Below are positions 38,405 to 47,476 of a stretch of DNA of 51,791 nucleotides, piece after piece (positions within the stretch are counted from its first letter, which is position 1; each line of letters starts with the position of its first letter). The position numbers and the translations under genes were made by a program. Where the stretch lies: assembly GCA_050124655.1 (NCBI GenBank), contig JASFEV010000002.1, positions 1 to 51,791 of the forward strand. The letters are read 5' to 3'. This stretch comes from Desulfobacterales bacterium. Its GTDB lineage: Bacteria; Desulfobacterota; Desulfobacteria; Desulfobacterales; JAHEIW01. The notes beneath the pieces were generated by a model that searched no databases, was not told where the DNA came from, and saw nothing but the letters and a program-made list of their open reading frames with translations.

Positions 38405-39943
38405 ATGTATAAGCAACTGATCATTAATGTGCTGGATCATGAAACCCGTGTCGCCCTTTTGGAAGATGGCACCATTGTCGAATTATATGTGGATCGCGGG
38501 GATGATTCGGATGTGGCCGGCAATATCTATAAAGGCAAGGTATTGCGCGTATTACCCGGAATGCAAGCGGCTTTCGTCGATATCGGGCTGAACCAGGCCG
38601 CTTTTATTTATGTGGACGATGTTTATACCTCTGATATCAAAGAATACGAACGCCTCTTTCAAATTGATTCCGAGGAGCTCGAAGCTGAAACTGAAATGGA
38701 TCTGAATCCCCCATCAATTGACAACCGACGCAACCAGCAAATTGAAGAGCTGATTTCAGAGGGCCAGGAAATAATGGCCCAGGTAGCCAAATCGCCGATG
38801 GGTACTAAAGGCGCCCGAATATCTTCCTACATCTCTTTGCCCGGTCGCTTTTTGGTGCTGATGCCTTCATCCGATCACATCGGTATTTCGCGCAGAATTG
38901 AAGACGAAGCCGAGCGCGAACGTTTGCGGCAAGCTGTTGTGGATTTACGCACCAATGATCATGGCTATATTGTGCGCACAGCTGCGGAAGGCGAGCAAGA
39001 AGAAAAACTGGCGTCTGAGATGGCCTTTTTAAACAACCTGTGGGCCAATATCCAGCGGAAATATGAAAAAGCCCCGGCTCCATCCATTTTACATCACGAA
39101 ATATCAGTGAGTCTGCGCGCGGTGCGGGATTTGCTGATCCATGAGGTCGAGAAACTGGTGATTGACCACAAATCGACCTATAATTCGGTGTTGTCTTTTT
39201 TAGACACCTACATGCCCACTTTAAAGGATCATGTGGTGCTTTATGAAGGCGCTGAGCCCGTCTTTGATGCCTATAATTTGGAAGGCGATATATCACGGGC
39301 GCTGAAGCGTAAGGTCTGGCTAAAATCCGGTGGATATATCACCATCGAGCATACCGAGGCACTGGTTGCCATCGATGTCAACACCGGCCGCTATGTCGGC
39401 AAGCACAATTTGGAAGAGACGATATTAAAAACCAATTTGGAGGCCGTCAAAGAGATTGCCTATCAAATCCGACTGCGGGATATCGGCGGTATTATCATCA
39501 TCGATTTTATTGATATGGACAAAAAGTCCAACCGCGAGAAAGTTTACACCGCCTTGAAGGAGGCCTTGTTGAAGGACAAGAGCAAAACCCATGTGTTGCC
39601 GATGTCAGATATGGGACTTATTCAGATGACCCGCAAACGCACGCGTGAGCCGCTGACACGAATTCTGTGCGAGCCCTGTTACTACTGTGACGGTGAGGGT
39701 TATATTGTATCCAAGCAGACCATTTGTTACACGATCTTTCGCGATATTCTACGGGAATCCCAGGATATGAACGGCGCCCGACTGACATTAAGGGTAAACC
39801 CGCAGATCGCCGAGTTGCTGCACGACGAAGAAAATTCCCTGATTGCTGCACTTGAAAAAACCATCGGCAAGCAAATTGTCATATACCCCAACACCACCTA
39901 TCACCTGGAGGAGTTCGATATATTTGAAATTCACCAGGAATAA
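38405..39943 (+). CDS. rng: Ribonuclease G / RNase E-G family (Rne/Rng)
   Basis: ATG at 38405 (MYKQLIINV). S1 domain (GNIYKGKVLRVLPGMQAAFVDIG), catalytic core (ALVAIDVNTG, GGIIIIDFIDM) and a CxxC Zn-link (CEPCYYCDGEG). Confidence 0.88.
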   Translation: MYKQLIINVLDHETRVALLEDGTIVELYVDRGDDSDVAGNIYKGKVLRVLPGMQAAFVDIGLNQAAFIYVDDVYTSDIKEYERLFQIDSEELEAETEMDLNPPSIDNRRNQQIEELISEGQEIMAQVAKSPMGTKGARISSYISLPGRFLVLMPSSDHIGISRRIEDEAERERLRQAVVDLRTNDHGYIVRTAAEGEQEEKLASEMAFLNNLWANIQRKYEKAPAPSILHHEISVSLRAVRDLLIHEVEKLVIDHKSTYNSVLSFLDTYMPTLKDHVVLYEGAEPVFDAYNLEGDISRALKRKVWLKSGGYITIEHTEALVAIDVNTGRYVGKHNLEETILKTNLEAVKEIAYQIRLRDIGGIIIIDFIDMDKKSNREKVYTALKEALLKDKSKTHVLPMSDMGLIQMTRKRTREPLTRILCEPCYYCDGEGYIVSKQTICYTIFRDILRESQDMNGARLTLRVNPQIAELLHDEENSLIAALEKTIGKQIVIYPNTTYHLEEFDIFEIHQE

Positions 39944-40078
39944 TCATTTAATCTTGACATGGTTTCAAGCTTGTGATTTATATCATAAATTTCGGGCTAC
40001 GCCCACTGAGGTCTTATAAAACAAGTATTAACACCGCACGAATATTAAATATAAGTAATAATATAAGGAAGTTATAAA

Positions 40079-40213
40079 ATGAAGCGTACTTTTCAACCCA
40101 GCCGGATAAGACGGGCCAGAAACCATGGATTCCGCAAACGGATGTCCACTAAAGCGGGTCGCAGGATAATCAATCGACGTCGGGCCAAAGGTCGAGCAAG
40201 ACTTGCCGCTTAA
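40079..40213 (+). CDS. rpmH: 50S ribosomal protein L34
   Basis: Not in the ORF track because it is below the length cut-off. ATG at 40079 gives [44 protein letters not shown], 44 aa with TAA at 40211-40213. It sits in the classical position before rnpA. Confidence 0.95.
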   Translation: MKRTFQPSRIRRARNHGFRKRMSTKAGRRIINRRRAKGRARLAA

Positions 40214-40248
40214 AACGACCTGGCCATCAAATCGGGTGATAGATCACG

Positions 40249-40599
40249 ATGCGCTTTTCCTTTAAAAAGGAAGATCGAATCCTTAAGCGGTCGGAATTCC
40301 TCGAACTCACCCGATCCGGACGCAAGGTACAAAACGACTGCTTTATTGCATTATTTAAACCGGGCCGACTCGATCATTCCAGACTGGGTATTACGGTTAC
40401 GCGAAAGGTCGCCAAAGCTGCATCTCGAAACAAAATCAAACGGTTGGTACGCGAATATTTTCGATTAAACAGGCAGCAGCTAAATCAAAACTGGGATATC
40501 AACATTGTAGCCAAAAAAAAGGCCGCAGACCTTTCAGCTGAGAAGGTATATTCATCCCTTCAAGATTTGTTTGAACAGATTGTGAATAATGTTGATTAA
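40249..40599 (+). CDS. rnpA: Ribonuclease P protein component
   Basis: 116 aa, basic, with [25 protein letters not shown] (RNR-type motif). Synteny rpmH-rnpA-yidD-yidC. Confidence 0.9.
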   Translation: MRFSFKKEDRILKRSEFLELTRSGRKVQNDCFIALFKPGRLDHSRLGITVTRKVAKAASRNKIKRLVREYFRLNRQQLNQNWDINIVAKKKAADLSAEKVYSSLQDLFEQIVNNVD

Positions 40600-40858
40600 A
40601 AAGATCATATCGATATTGATGCTCACATCAATCAGGGCTTACCAATATACACTGTCACCCATATTGGGCCCCTGTTGTCGTTTTTATCCAACCTGTTCGA
40701 ATTATGCCCATCAAGCAATCCAACAGCACGGTCCGTTTTATGGCCTCATTCTGGCATCCAAACGCCTACTACGATGTCATCCCTTTCATCCTGGTGGTGT
40801 TGATCCGGTTCCCCAATCTGCGCGTAACAAAACGATGCGAACGCCTTTTGCTGGATAA
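40589..40858 (+). CDS. yidD: Membrane protein insertion efficiency factor YidD
   Basis: [43 protein letters not shown]. Confidence 0.9.
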   Translation: MLIKKIISILMLTSIRAYQYTLSPILGPCCRFYPTCSNYAHQAIQQHGPFYGLILASKRLLRCHPFHPGGVDPVPQSARNKTMRTPFAG

Positions 40859-40988
40859 AGGGTAAATCGTTTAAGGCGCAGTTCCTGCTCCTCTTGCGAA
40901 GACCCCGGACGATAAACCTGTTTGATTGGCGCCTTATGCGGCAATGGAAAAGGACGGTAATTTCACAACCTGCTCGTAGGAGAAAACT

Positions 40989-42674
40989 ATGGAACAATCG
41001 CGACTGTTAATAGCCATCGTCCTCTGTCTGGTCATATTTCTGGCATGGCAGTTTTTTTTCGCACCCCCCCCGCCCCCTCAACAGAAGCCGCAGGAGCCGA
41101 GCCAAAAAGCTGAGGCACCTGTGGGGGAAAAGCAGCAAGCGGTTCAAGAAAAGGATCAGGCCAAGCCGTATTCGCCCGAAAGCGATCAAAAAGGCGTCAG
41201 CACACCGTCGGACGCTACAGCTGCCGCACCTTCTACGGTCAGGATTATTACCGTGCAGACCCCGCTCTATGAAGCTCAAATTTCTGAGAACGAGGCTGCG
41301 ATTTTCAGTTTTCTGCTCAAAAATTATCGCGAACGGGTTGCAGCGGATTCACCTTTAAAGCAGGTGCTGCCAAACGATCAAGCCTATGGCCTCGGCCATC
41401 TGGGGTTTAGCGGTAAAAGCGTTCCCGGGCTGGATAAAGCCGCATTCAGCACCGATCTGATTGGTGACGCGCTCCAAGTCAATACGTCCAGCCACAATCT
41501 GACCTTTACCTGGCGTTCGCCTGAAGGTGTCGTGATCGAAAAAACATATCGTTTTAATTCGGATTCCTACGTTATCGGCCTTAATGTAACCATTAAAAAT
41601 GGATCTGGACGTATTATCCAGGACAGGCTTTTTGTAAGCATAAACGGAAAGACGCCCAGTGACAAACGAATGTACGCATTTCAAGGGCCTAGCGCTCTGA
41701 TCAATAATGAGCTCAAACAAATTAAGATCAAAAATCTGGAAGATCAGAATGCTTTTGATGGCCAAATCAAATGGCTTGCGATTCAAAGCCGCTATTTTAT
41801 GTCCGGGCTAATTCCTGACCAGCTTGAAGAGGCCCGAATGCATCTGGCCTTACCATCCGATAAAGTTGTGATGGCGCAATATCAGCAGCCGGAAAAATCC
41901 ATACCGCCCGGCAACCAGTACACTTACCCATATCGGTTGTACATCGGTCCCAAAAAAATAAGCTATCTGAAAAATGTCGGTAATGATTTGGAGAAGCTTG
42001 TCGATTTTGGCTGGTTTGATTTCATTGCCAGACCCTGCTTGTGGCTCCTGAACTTATTTTACAGCGTTATCCCCAATTACGGTATCGCCATTATTATTTT
42101 AACCATTCTGGTTAAAGTACTGCTGTGGCCCCTGGGACAAAAAAGCTACAAATCCATGAGCGAAATGAAAAAGCTGCAGCCTTTGATGAAGGAGATCCGT
42201 GAAAAATACAAAGACGACAAACAGCGCATGAACCAGGAGGTCATGGGGCTGTATAAAACATACAAAATCAATCCACTGGGCGGGTGTTTGCCGATGGTTG
42301 TTCAGCTACCGGTATTTTTTGCGCTTTACCGCATGCTTTACCAAGCCATTGAACTGCGGCATGCGCCCTTTTTTCTCTGGATTGATGACCTGTCGGCACC
42401 GGACCGGTTATTCCGTTTTGGCTTTTCAATACCATTTATGGAGCCTCCTTACGGTATACCGGTCCTGACCGTTATTATGGGCGCCAGCATGCTACTCCAG
42501 CAAAAGATGTCGCCACCCATGGGAGACGCCACACAGGCCAAAATGATGATGTTCATGCCCATTATCTTTACGGTCATTTTCATTAATTTTTCATCCGGCC
42601 TCGTTCTATACTGGCTGGTGAACAACATTCTATCGATTGCGCAGCAATATTATACTCAGAAGAAATACGCCTGA
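40989..42674 (+). CDS. yidC: Membrane protein insertase YidC
   Basis: 561 aa. N-terminal TM segment, Pro/Gln-rich linker, periplasmic domain, and a conserved C-terminal core (NYGIAIIILTILVKVLLWPL, GGCLPMVVQLPVFFALY, SGLVLYWLVNNILSIAQQ). Confidence 0.93.
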   Translation: MEQSRLLIAIVLCLVIFLAWQFFFAPPPPPQQKPQEPSQKAEAPVGEKQQAVQEKDQAKPYSPESDQKGVSTPSDATAAAPSTVRIITVQTPLYEAQISENEAAIFSFLLKNYRERVAADSPLKQVLPNDQAYGLGHLGFSGKSVPGLDKAAFSTDLIGDALQVNTSSHNLTFTWRSPEGVVIEKTYRFNSDSYVIGLNVTIKNGSGRIIQDRLFVSINGKTPSDKRMYAFQGPSALINNELKQIKIKNLEDQNAFDGQIKWLAIQSRYFMSGLIPDQLEEARMHLALPSDKVVMAQYQQPEKSIPPGNQYTYPYRLYIGPKKISYLKNVGNDLEKLVDFGWFDFIARPCLWLLNLFYSVIPNYGIAIIILTILVKVLLWPLGQKSYKSMSEMKKLQPLMKEIREKYKDDKQRMNQEVMGLYKTYKINPLGGCLPMVVQLPVFFALYRMLYQAIELRHAPFFLWIDDLSAPDRLFRFGFSIPFMEPPYGIPVLTVIMGASMLLQQKMSPPMGDATQAKMMMFMPIIFTVIFINFSSGLVLYWLVNNILSIAQQYYTQKKYA

Positions 42675-42690
42675 TGACGGAGGTTTACAT

Positions 42691-43494
42691 ATGTCAGAGA
42701 AGTTGGAATTCACGGCCAAAAATGTTGACAAAGCGGTCGAACGGGCCAGTGCAGAACTCAACCTGCCGAAAAATGAGCTAAAATACGAAGTGCTTTCTTA
42801 CGGTTCTAGCGGCATATTCGGTTTATCCCGAACCAAAAAGGCCAAAATTCGGGTCCGGCTGCCGGAAGATACGCTGGCATCAGCGCCAAAGGCTGAATCC
42901 GTTGACGATGTAAGCACTTACACCGGCGACATCAGCGCGTCTGATGATTCAGCTGCCATGGGTGCGGTCAAAGCGGAAAACGATTTGGCCGCCAACCCGG
43001 GCGATCAGGAACTGTATTCGTTTCCTGACGATCCCGCCGAAATGGGACGGCTGGTTTTACAGCGTATCGTCGATTCCATTACGTCGGATGCTAAAATTTC
43101 GGTTGAAAAGGATGAAGAAAGGCTTTTTTTCAATGTCAATGGCGGCAACGCCGGGATTTTGATCGGCAAGCGCGGCCAAACCCTGGATGCCATTCAGACG
43201 ATCGTCAATAAAGTTGTTAACAAGTACAATCAAAACCGAACACGGGTTTTAGTGGATATCGAGGGTTATCTGGAAACCCGTAAAGAGAATTTGGAAAAAA
43301 TGGCCATGCGGTTGGCCGAAAAATCCAAAAAAATCGGCAAACCGATGACTCTCGGGCCCATGAATGCATATGACCGTAGAATTGTTCATCTTGCCTTGCA
43401 AGATTTTTCCGCTGTTCAAACCCGCAGCCGGGGAGAAGGCCCTCTCAGAAAACTGGTGATTTTTCCTAAAAAAAGGAATGCCGCGCGACGATAG
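42691..43494 (+). CDS. jag: Jag/KhpB RNA-binding protein (Jag_N, KH, R3H)
   Basis: ATG at 42691 is preceded by GGAGG. KH-like GILIGKRGQTLDAIQ and R3H-like MNAYDRRIVHLAL. Located between yidC and mnmE. Confidence 0.85.
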   Translation: MSEKLEFTAKNVDKAVERASAELNLPKNELKYEVLSYGSSGIFGLSRTKKAKIRVRLPEDTLASAPKAESVDDVSTYTGDISASDDSAAMGAVKAENDLAANPGDQELYSFPDDPAEMGRLVLQRIVDSITSDAKISVEKDEERLFFNVNGGNAGILIGKRGQTLDAIQTIVNKVVNKYNQNRTRVLVDIEGYLETRKENLEKMAMRLAEKSKKIGKPMTLGPMNAYDRRIVHLALQDFSAVQTRSRGEGPLRKLVIFPKKRNAARR

Positions 43495-43511
43495 CGATGG
43501 GTTAAAAATTA

Positions 43512-44945
43512 ATGGTCACAGATTCAGATACCATTGCCGCCATTGCCACACCCGGCGGTCGGGGTGGAATTGGCATTGTTAAAATATCCGGTTCTGATGC
43601 ATTTGGAATCGCACAGGCCATTTTCAGGCCGCTAAAAAACCGCCCGGATGCGATTGGTGCCAAAATCCGACAAGGCACCCATGTTCGACCCGTCGAATTT
43701 GAGACCCATCGCCTTTACTATGGGCATATTATTGATCCGGACGGCGGTCAAATTATAGACGAAGTCTTATTATCAGCCATGCGGGCGCCGCGCACTTACA
43801 CCCGCGAAGATGTCGTCGAAATTAACGCCCACGGCGGAGCCATGGTCTTGCATGCCATCCTGAAGTTGGTGATCACAAGGGGTGCTCGGCTGGCTGAACC
43901 GGGTGAGTTCACCCGCAGGGCTTTTCTCAACGGTCGCATCGATCTTACCCAGGCCGAAGCGGTTATTGATGTTATCAATGCCCGGACGCAAAAAAATTTA
44001 GCACTGGCGGCGGCCCAGTTGAGTGGAAAGTTAAAGGAGCAAATAGCGCTTGCCAGAAACCATTTGGTCGGGCTTCTGACCCATGTTGAAGCCGTCATCG
44101 ATTTTCCGGAAGAAGTTGAAGATCTTATCCACCTCCAAAATACCATCAATTCCATTCAAAAAGGGGTTTTGGTTCCGCTTAAAGGTCTGGTCCAAAATTA
44201 CATTGACGCCCATGTTTTCAGAGACGGTATTTCTGTGGCGGTGGTCGGACGTCCCAACGTAGGCAAATCCAGTCTTTTGAACCAACTGGTTAAAAAAGAT
44301 CGTGCGATTGTGACGGATATACCGGGAACCACCCGCGATATTATTGAAGAAACGCTCAATATCCAGGGCATACCGGTCATCGTCAGCGATACAGCTGGTG
44401 TGCAGCCAACTGATAATCCGATCGAAAAAATGGGAATTGAAAAGACCCTATCGCATGTTAACGGGTCGGATCTCGTTCTTTTTATGATTGAAGCCCATTG
44501 CGCGTTACATCCGGATGATCACCTTATTTATGAAAAGATCAACTCTAAGCGCATCATCATGGTCCTCAATAAAATTGATCTGGTTCAAAAAGACGAGACA
44601 ACACGCCTACCGGACACATGGCAATATGATGGCCGGGTGCCTGTTTCCGCCTTGTATGACCGTGGAATTGATCAGCTCAAAGACAAGATCATTTCACTGG
44701 CTGGCGGGAAAATCCCTCTTGATTCGGACGCCATGATCGTTCCCAACTTAAGGCATAAAATGCTGCTTGAAACCAGTCTCGTTGCTGCCGAAGCGGTAAT
44801 TGAATCGCTGCAAAATGGGACCTCCAGTGAGCTGGTGGCCATTCATTTACAAGAAGCCATCGATGCGCTGGGGGTTATCAGTGGCGATAACGTTAAGGTG
44901 GATGTGCTGGATCAGATTTTCAGCCGCTTTTGTGTGGGAAAGTAA
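43512..44945 (+). CDS. mnmE: tRNA uridine-5-carboxymethylaminomethyl modification GTPase MnmE
   Basis: 477 aa. N-terminal DTIAAIATPGGRGGIGIVKISG, G domain GRPNVGKSSLLN and DTAG, C-terminal FCVGK. Confidence 0.95.
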   Translation: MVTDSDTIAAIATPGGRGGIGIVKISGSDAFGIAQAIFRPLKNRPDAIGAKIRQGTHVRPVEFETHRLYYGHIIDPDGGQIIDEVLLSAMRAPRTYTREDVVEINAHGGAMVLHAILKLVITRGARLAEPGEFTRRAFLNGRIDLTQAEAVIDVINARTQKNLALAAAQLSGKLKEQIALARNHLVGLLTHVEAVIDFPEEVEDLIHLQNTINSIQKGVLVPLKGLVQNYIDAHVFRDGISVAVVGRPNVGKSSLLNQLVKKDRAIVTDIPGTTRDIIEETLNIQGIPVIVSDTAGVQPTDNPIEKMGIEKTLSHVNGSDLVLFMIEAHCALHPDDHLIYEKINSKRIIMVLNKIDLVQKDETTRLPDTWQYDGRVPVSALYDRGIDQLKDKIISLAGGKIPLDSDAMIVPNLRHKMLLETSLVAAEAVIESLQNGTSSELVAIHLQEAIDALGVISGDNVKVDVLDQIFSRFCVGK

Positions 44946-44949
44946 TTAA

Positions 44950-44965
44950 TGTTTCACGTGAAACA
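44950..44965. promoter_or_regulatory. Perfect 16-bp palindrome TGTTTCACGTGAAACA (copy 1 of 2)
   Basis: Read directly, 5 nt after the mnmE stop. The core GTTTCACGTGAAAC recurs at 49249-49262. Confidence 0.5.
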
Positions 44966-45038
44966 ATTCAAACTGGCTTTAAAACGCCCATTTTTTACTT
45001 GATGATTGTGTTGTGATTTACTTCAAAATGCTCAGATG

Positions 45039-45143
45039 AAACGGGTTGAGCCGGTTGGCCCGTTAACCCGTTGACCGGTTTTGTTTAAATTGATAGGATT
45101 CCTTGCTTAACGGGCAAACCGGCTAACCGGAAACGGGCTAACC
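45039..45143. repeat. Hairpin element of the CCGTT/CCGGTT word family
   Basis: Left arm AAACGGGTTGAGCCGGTTGGCCCGTTAACCCGTTGACCGGTT. Right arm CTTAACGGGCAAACCGGCTAACCGGAAACGGGCTAACC in inverted orientation. Confidence 0.8.
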
Positions 45144-45218
45144 TGATAGTTTATTAAAAAACATAGCAAATTGACTATCAGTTAACTATCTGACAAACAT
45201 AAGGAAAATGGTTTAACT

Positions 45219-45920
45219 ATGGATTTTGATTTCACACCTTATTTTAATCAGTATGAGGCACTGGTTTCCAAAAGCGATGAAGCATTTGAACGCGTCAGAC
45301 AAGCCTATTCAGAATGTGTAAAATGCGAGGAAAAATGTGCGGATTGCTGTTATGCGCTTTTCGACTTAACCTTGATTGAAGCCCTTTACATCAACTATAA
45401 ATTCAACGAGAAACTCAAGGGAAGTCAAAAAGCCGAGCTATTGGAAAAAGCAAACCAGGCCGATCGCAGGGTTCATAAACTCAAGCGCCAGGCATACAAA
45501 GATCTGCAGGCCGGCAAGAGCGAAGACGAGATTTTAGCCGGATTGGCTCGGGAGCGGGTTCGATGCCCGCTTTTAAACGAAGCGGATCTGTGCGATCTTT
45601 ACGACAACCGCCCGCTGACCTGTCGCTTTTATGGCATACCCACCGCCATCGGGGGGCAGGGGCATACCTGCGGCCAATCAGATTTTAAAGAAGGTGAGCA
45701 GTATCCAACCGTAAACCTGGATGTCATTAACAATCAGCTCCAGAAGCTATCAGCGGAATTAATTCGGGATCTTAAATCCAGGTATGTAAAACTGGCGGAC
45801 ATGCTGGTACCGCTGTCGATGGCCTTGCTCACAGTTTATGATGAGGATCATCTGGGAATTGGAGAGGAGAAAATCGAAGAGCCCCCACCCCGAAAAAAAC
45901 GTAAAAGGAGAACCCTATGA
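45219..45920 (+). CDS. YkgJ-family Cys-cluster (putative Zn/Fe-chelating, UPF0153) protein
   Basis: CVKCEEKCADCC, RCPLLNEADLCDLYDNRPLTCRFYG and a basic C-terminal tail (PPPRKKRKRRTL). Confidence 0.7.
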   Translation: MDFDFTPYFNQYEALVSKSDEAFERVRQAYSECVKCEEKCADCCYALFDLTLIEALYINYKFNEKLKGSQKAELLEKANQADRRVHKLKRQAYKDLQAGKSEDEILAGLARERVRCPLLNEADLCDLYDNRPLTCRFYGIPTAIGGQGHTCGQSDFKEGEQYPTVNLDVINNQLQKLSAELIRDLKSRYVKLADMLVPLSMALLTVYDEDHLGIGEEKIEEPPPRKKRKRRTL

Positions 45921-46264
45921 GCGAATTTTCTCCTGAAGAGGCCGAAAAAAGAAAGCGAGCTGTTTTTGAAAGCATGTCGCCTCGGCGCCAGAAGCACATA
46001 TTAAAAAAGGGTTATGATCGGTGGGATCCGTTTGAAGAACCCAAAGATCCGATCGACATTCGCAAAGATCCCACCAATCGGACCACCCAGATGCTTGTCA
46101 GAGAGTTCTTGCAATCACGCAAATCTGAAGAATACAGTAATTCGTACGGTCGCGGGGTACTGGACCTTGCCCTTGGTATTGTTAACAAAGACGATTATTT
46201 TCAGGGTATGTTCGAATTTTCCTGCTGGTACCGGGAGCTACTGGACAAAGAAGGACCATCCTAA
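45917..46264 (+). CDS. Hypothetical protein (115 aa)
   Basis: Start overlaps the stop of the preceding gene (ATGA), suggesting translational coupling. No recognisable motif. Confidence 0.55.
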   Translation: MSEFSPEEAEKRKRAVFESMSPRRQKHILKKGYDRWDPFEEPKDPIDIRKDPTNRTTQMLVREFLQSRKSEEYSNSYGRGVLDLALGIVNKDDYFQGMFEFSCWYRELLDKEGPS

Positions 46265-46273
46265 AAAGTATCC

Positions 46274-46373
46274 CCGCATGGGGCAAAGGGCACAGCGCAT
46301 AGGGTAAAAGATTGCTCTGACCGTTCGGATAATGCGCTTTTTCCCCGATGCGCTTTGCGCTCTGCTCTATGCC
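46274..46373. repeat. Second copy of the GCAAAGGGCA/CGCATAG word-type inverted repeat
   Basis: Left arm CCGCATGGGGCAAAGGGCACAGCGCATAGGGTAAAAG. Right arm AATGCGCTTTTTCCCCGATGCGCTTTGCGCTCTGCTCTATGCC. Confidence 0.7.
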
Positions 46374-46440
46374 ATAGATTATTCGCCATAAATTTGTTTT
46401 GCCACAGGATTCCAATAGATGTTGGTTTGGACCCATTGAG

Positions 46441-47193
46441 ATGGAAACCCGTTGGAACATAATGGAAATGTTGGGTGACGGTTCTTTACCCGAAACCCTC
46501 ATCGCTCCAATTGACGGTGCCGAGATGGTACGGGTCCCTGCCGGGGATTTTACTAAAGGAATAACCGAAGAAGAATTGGCCCAGATATTTTTGCTGGACA
46601 AGCAAGAGAACCCGATTTTTGCCTCCGAAGTTCCCGCCCGCAGTCTTTATTTAAAAGACTTCTACATTGACCGTTATCCGGTCACCAACTTCCAATACCA
46701 AAATTTTATCAAGGCAACCGGTCATCGTGAGCCGATGCTGCTGAAACATCCCCTATGGGGACAGGCGATGAGACCGGTTGTATTTGTGGGATGGGATGAT
46801 GCCCGCAGGTACGCCGAGTGGGCCGGAAAATCCCTGCCGACTGAAGAACAGTGGGAAAAGGCCGGCCGCGGTAACGATGGCCGCTGGTGGTCCTGGGGGC
46901 ATGAGTTTTTACCCGAACGCTGCAATTCGAATGAATACGGTCTGGGTCACACATCTAAAATCGGCATCTTTGACCAGGGTATCAGCCCTTATGGGTGCTA
47001 TGATATGTGCGGCAACGTCTGGGAAATGTGCGAAGGCCGTTGGCTGGAAGACTATCTGCCCATGCGCGGTGGATGCTTTCTAGGTTCGGTTACTTTTGTA
47101 CGCATCACCTGCCGTTGGACACCGGAAGATCCGGTCAACGGCGCCCACTGGATGGGATTCCGCTGCGTCAAAGAGATCCCCACCCAGCAGTAA
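46441..47193 (+). CDS. Formylglycine-generating-enzyme (SUMF1/EgtB/PvdO) family protein
   Basis: RVPAGDFTKG, YPVTNFQYQNFIKATGH, WDDARRYAEWAGKSLPTEEQWEKAGRG, YGCYDMCGNVWEMC, RGGCF. The start is uncertain (46399 TTG, 46441 or 46462 ATG). Confidence 0.8.
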   Translation: METRWNIMEMLGDGSLPETLIAPIDGAEMVRVPAGDFTKGITEEELAQIFLLDKQENPIFASEVPARSLYLKDFYIDRYPVTNFQYQNFIKATGHREPMLLKHPLWGQAMRPVVFVGWDDARRYAEWAGKSLPTEEQWEKAGRGNDGRWWSWGHEFLPERCNSNEYGLGHTSKIGIFDQGISPYGCYDMCGNVWEMCEGRWLEDYLPMRGGCFLGSVTFVRITCRWTPEDPVNGAHWMGFRCVKEIPTQQ

Positions 47194-47204
47194 ATTGATT
47201 TAAT

Positions 47205-47459
47205 CTCACCGCAGAGGCGCAAAGCCCGCAGAGAGATTTATCCTTTAGTTTTCCGCTGAGACGGCGAAAAACTAAAAAAAGCTCTGCCCAATGGACAAGC
47301 TTTTTCCTGTGTAAAAGCTAGATCGTCTTAAAACTATGACTATATTAATTGTGATTAATAATTGTTTTGCCGAAGGCAGATTGTTTGGTCTGATTATTCC
47401 TCTCAAATAATCAGACCAAGAAAAACTATTCTCTGCGATCTCTGCGTCTTTGCGGTGAG
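47205..47459. repeat. Pair of inverted arms built from CGCAGAG/CGCAAAG words flanking about 195 bp
   Basis: Left arm 47205-47235 CTCACCGCAGAGGCGCAAAGCCCGCAGAGAG. Right arm 47431-47459 CTCTGCGATCTCTGCGTCTTTGCGGTGAG. Internal 12-bp perfect hairpin GGTCTGATTATT (47387-47398) with AATAATCAGACC (47406-47417). Confidence 0.7.
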
Positions 47460-47476
47460 TAACGCAGACCATCACA

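Noticed and set aside
39954-39984. TTGACA at 39954-39959 as the -35 element of an rpmH promoter
   Set aside because: The best -10 candidates at 17-19-nt spacing (TTTATA, TTATAT, TATATC) are all weak matches, so I did not list it as a feature.
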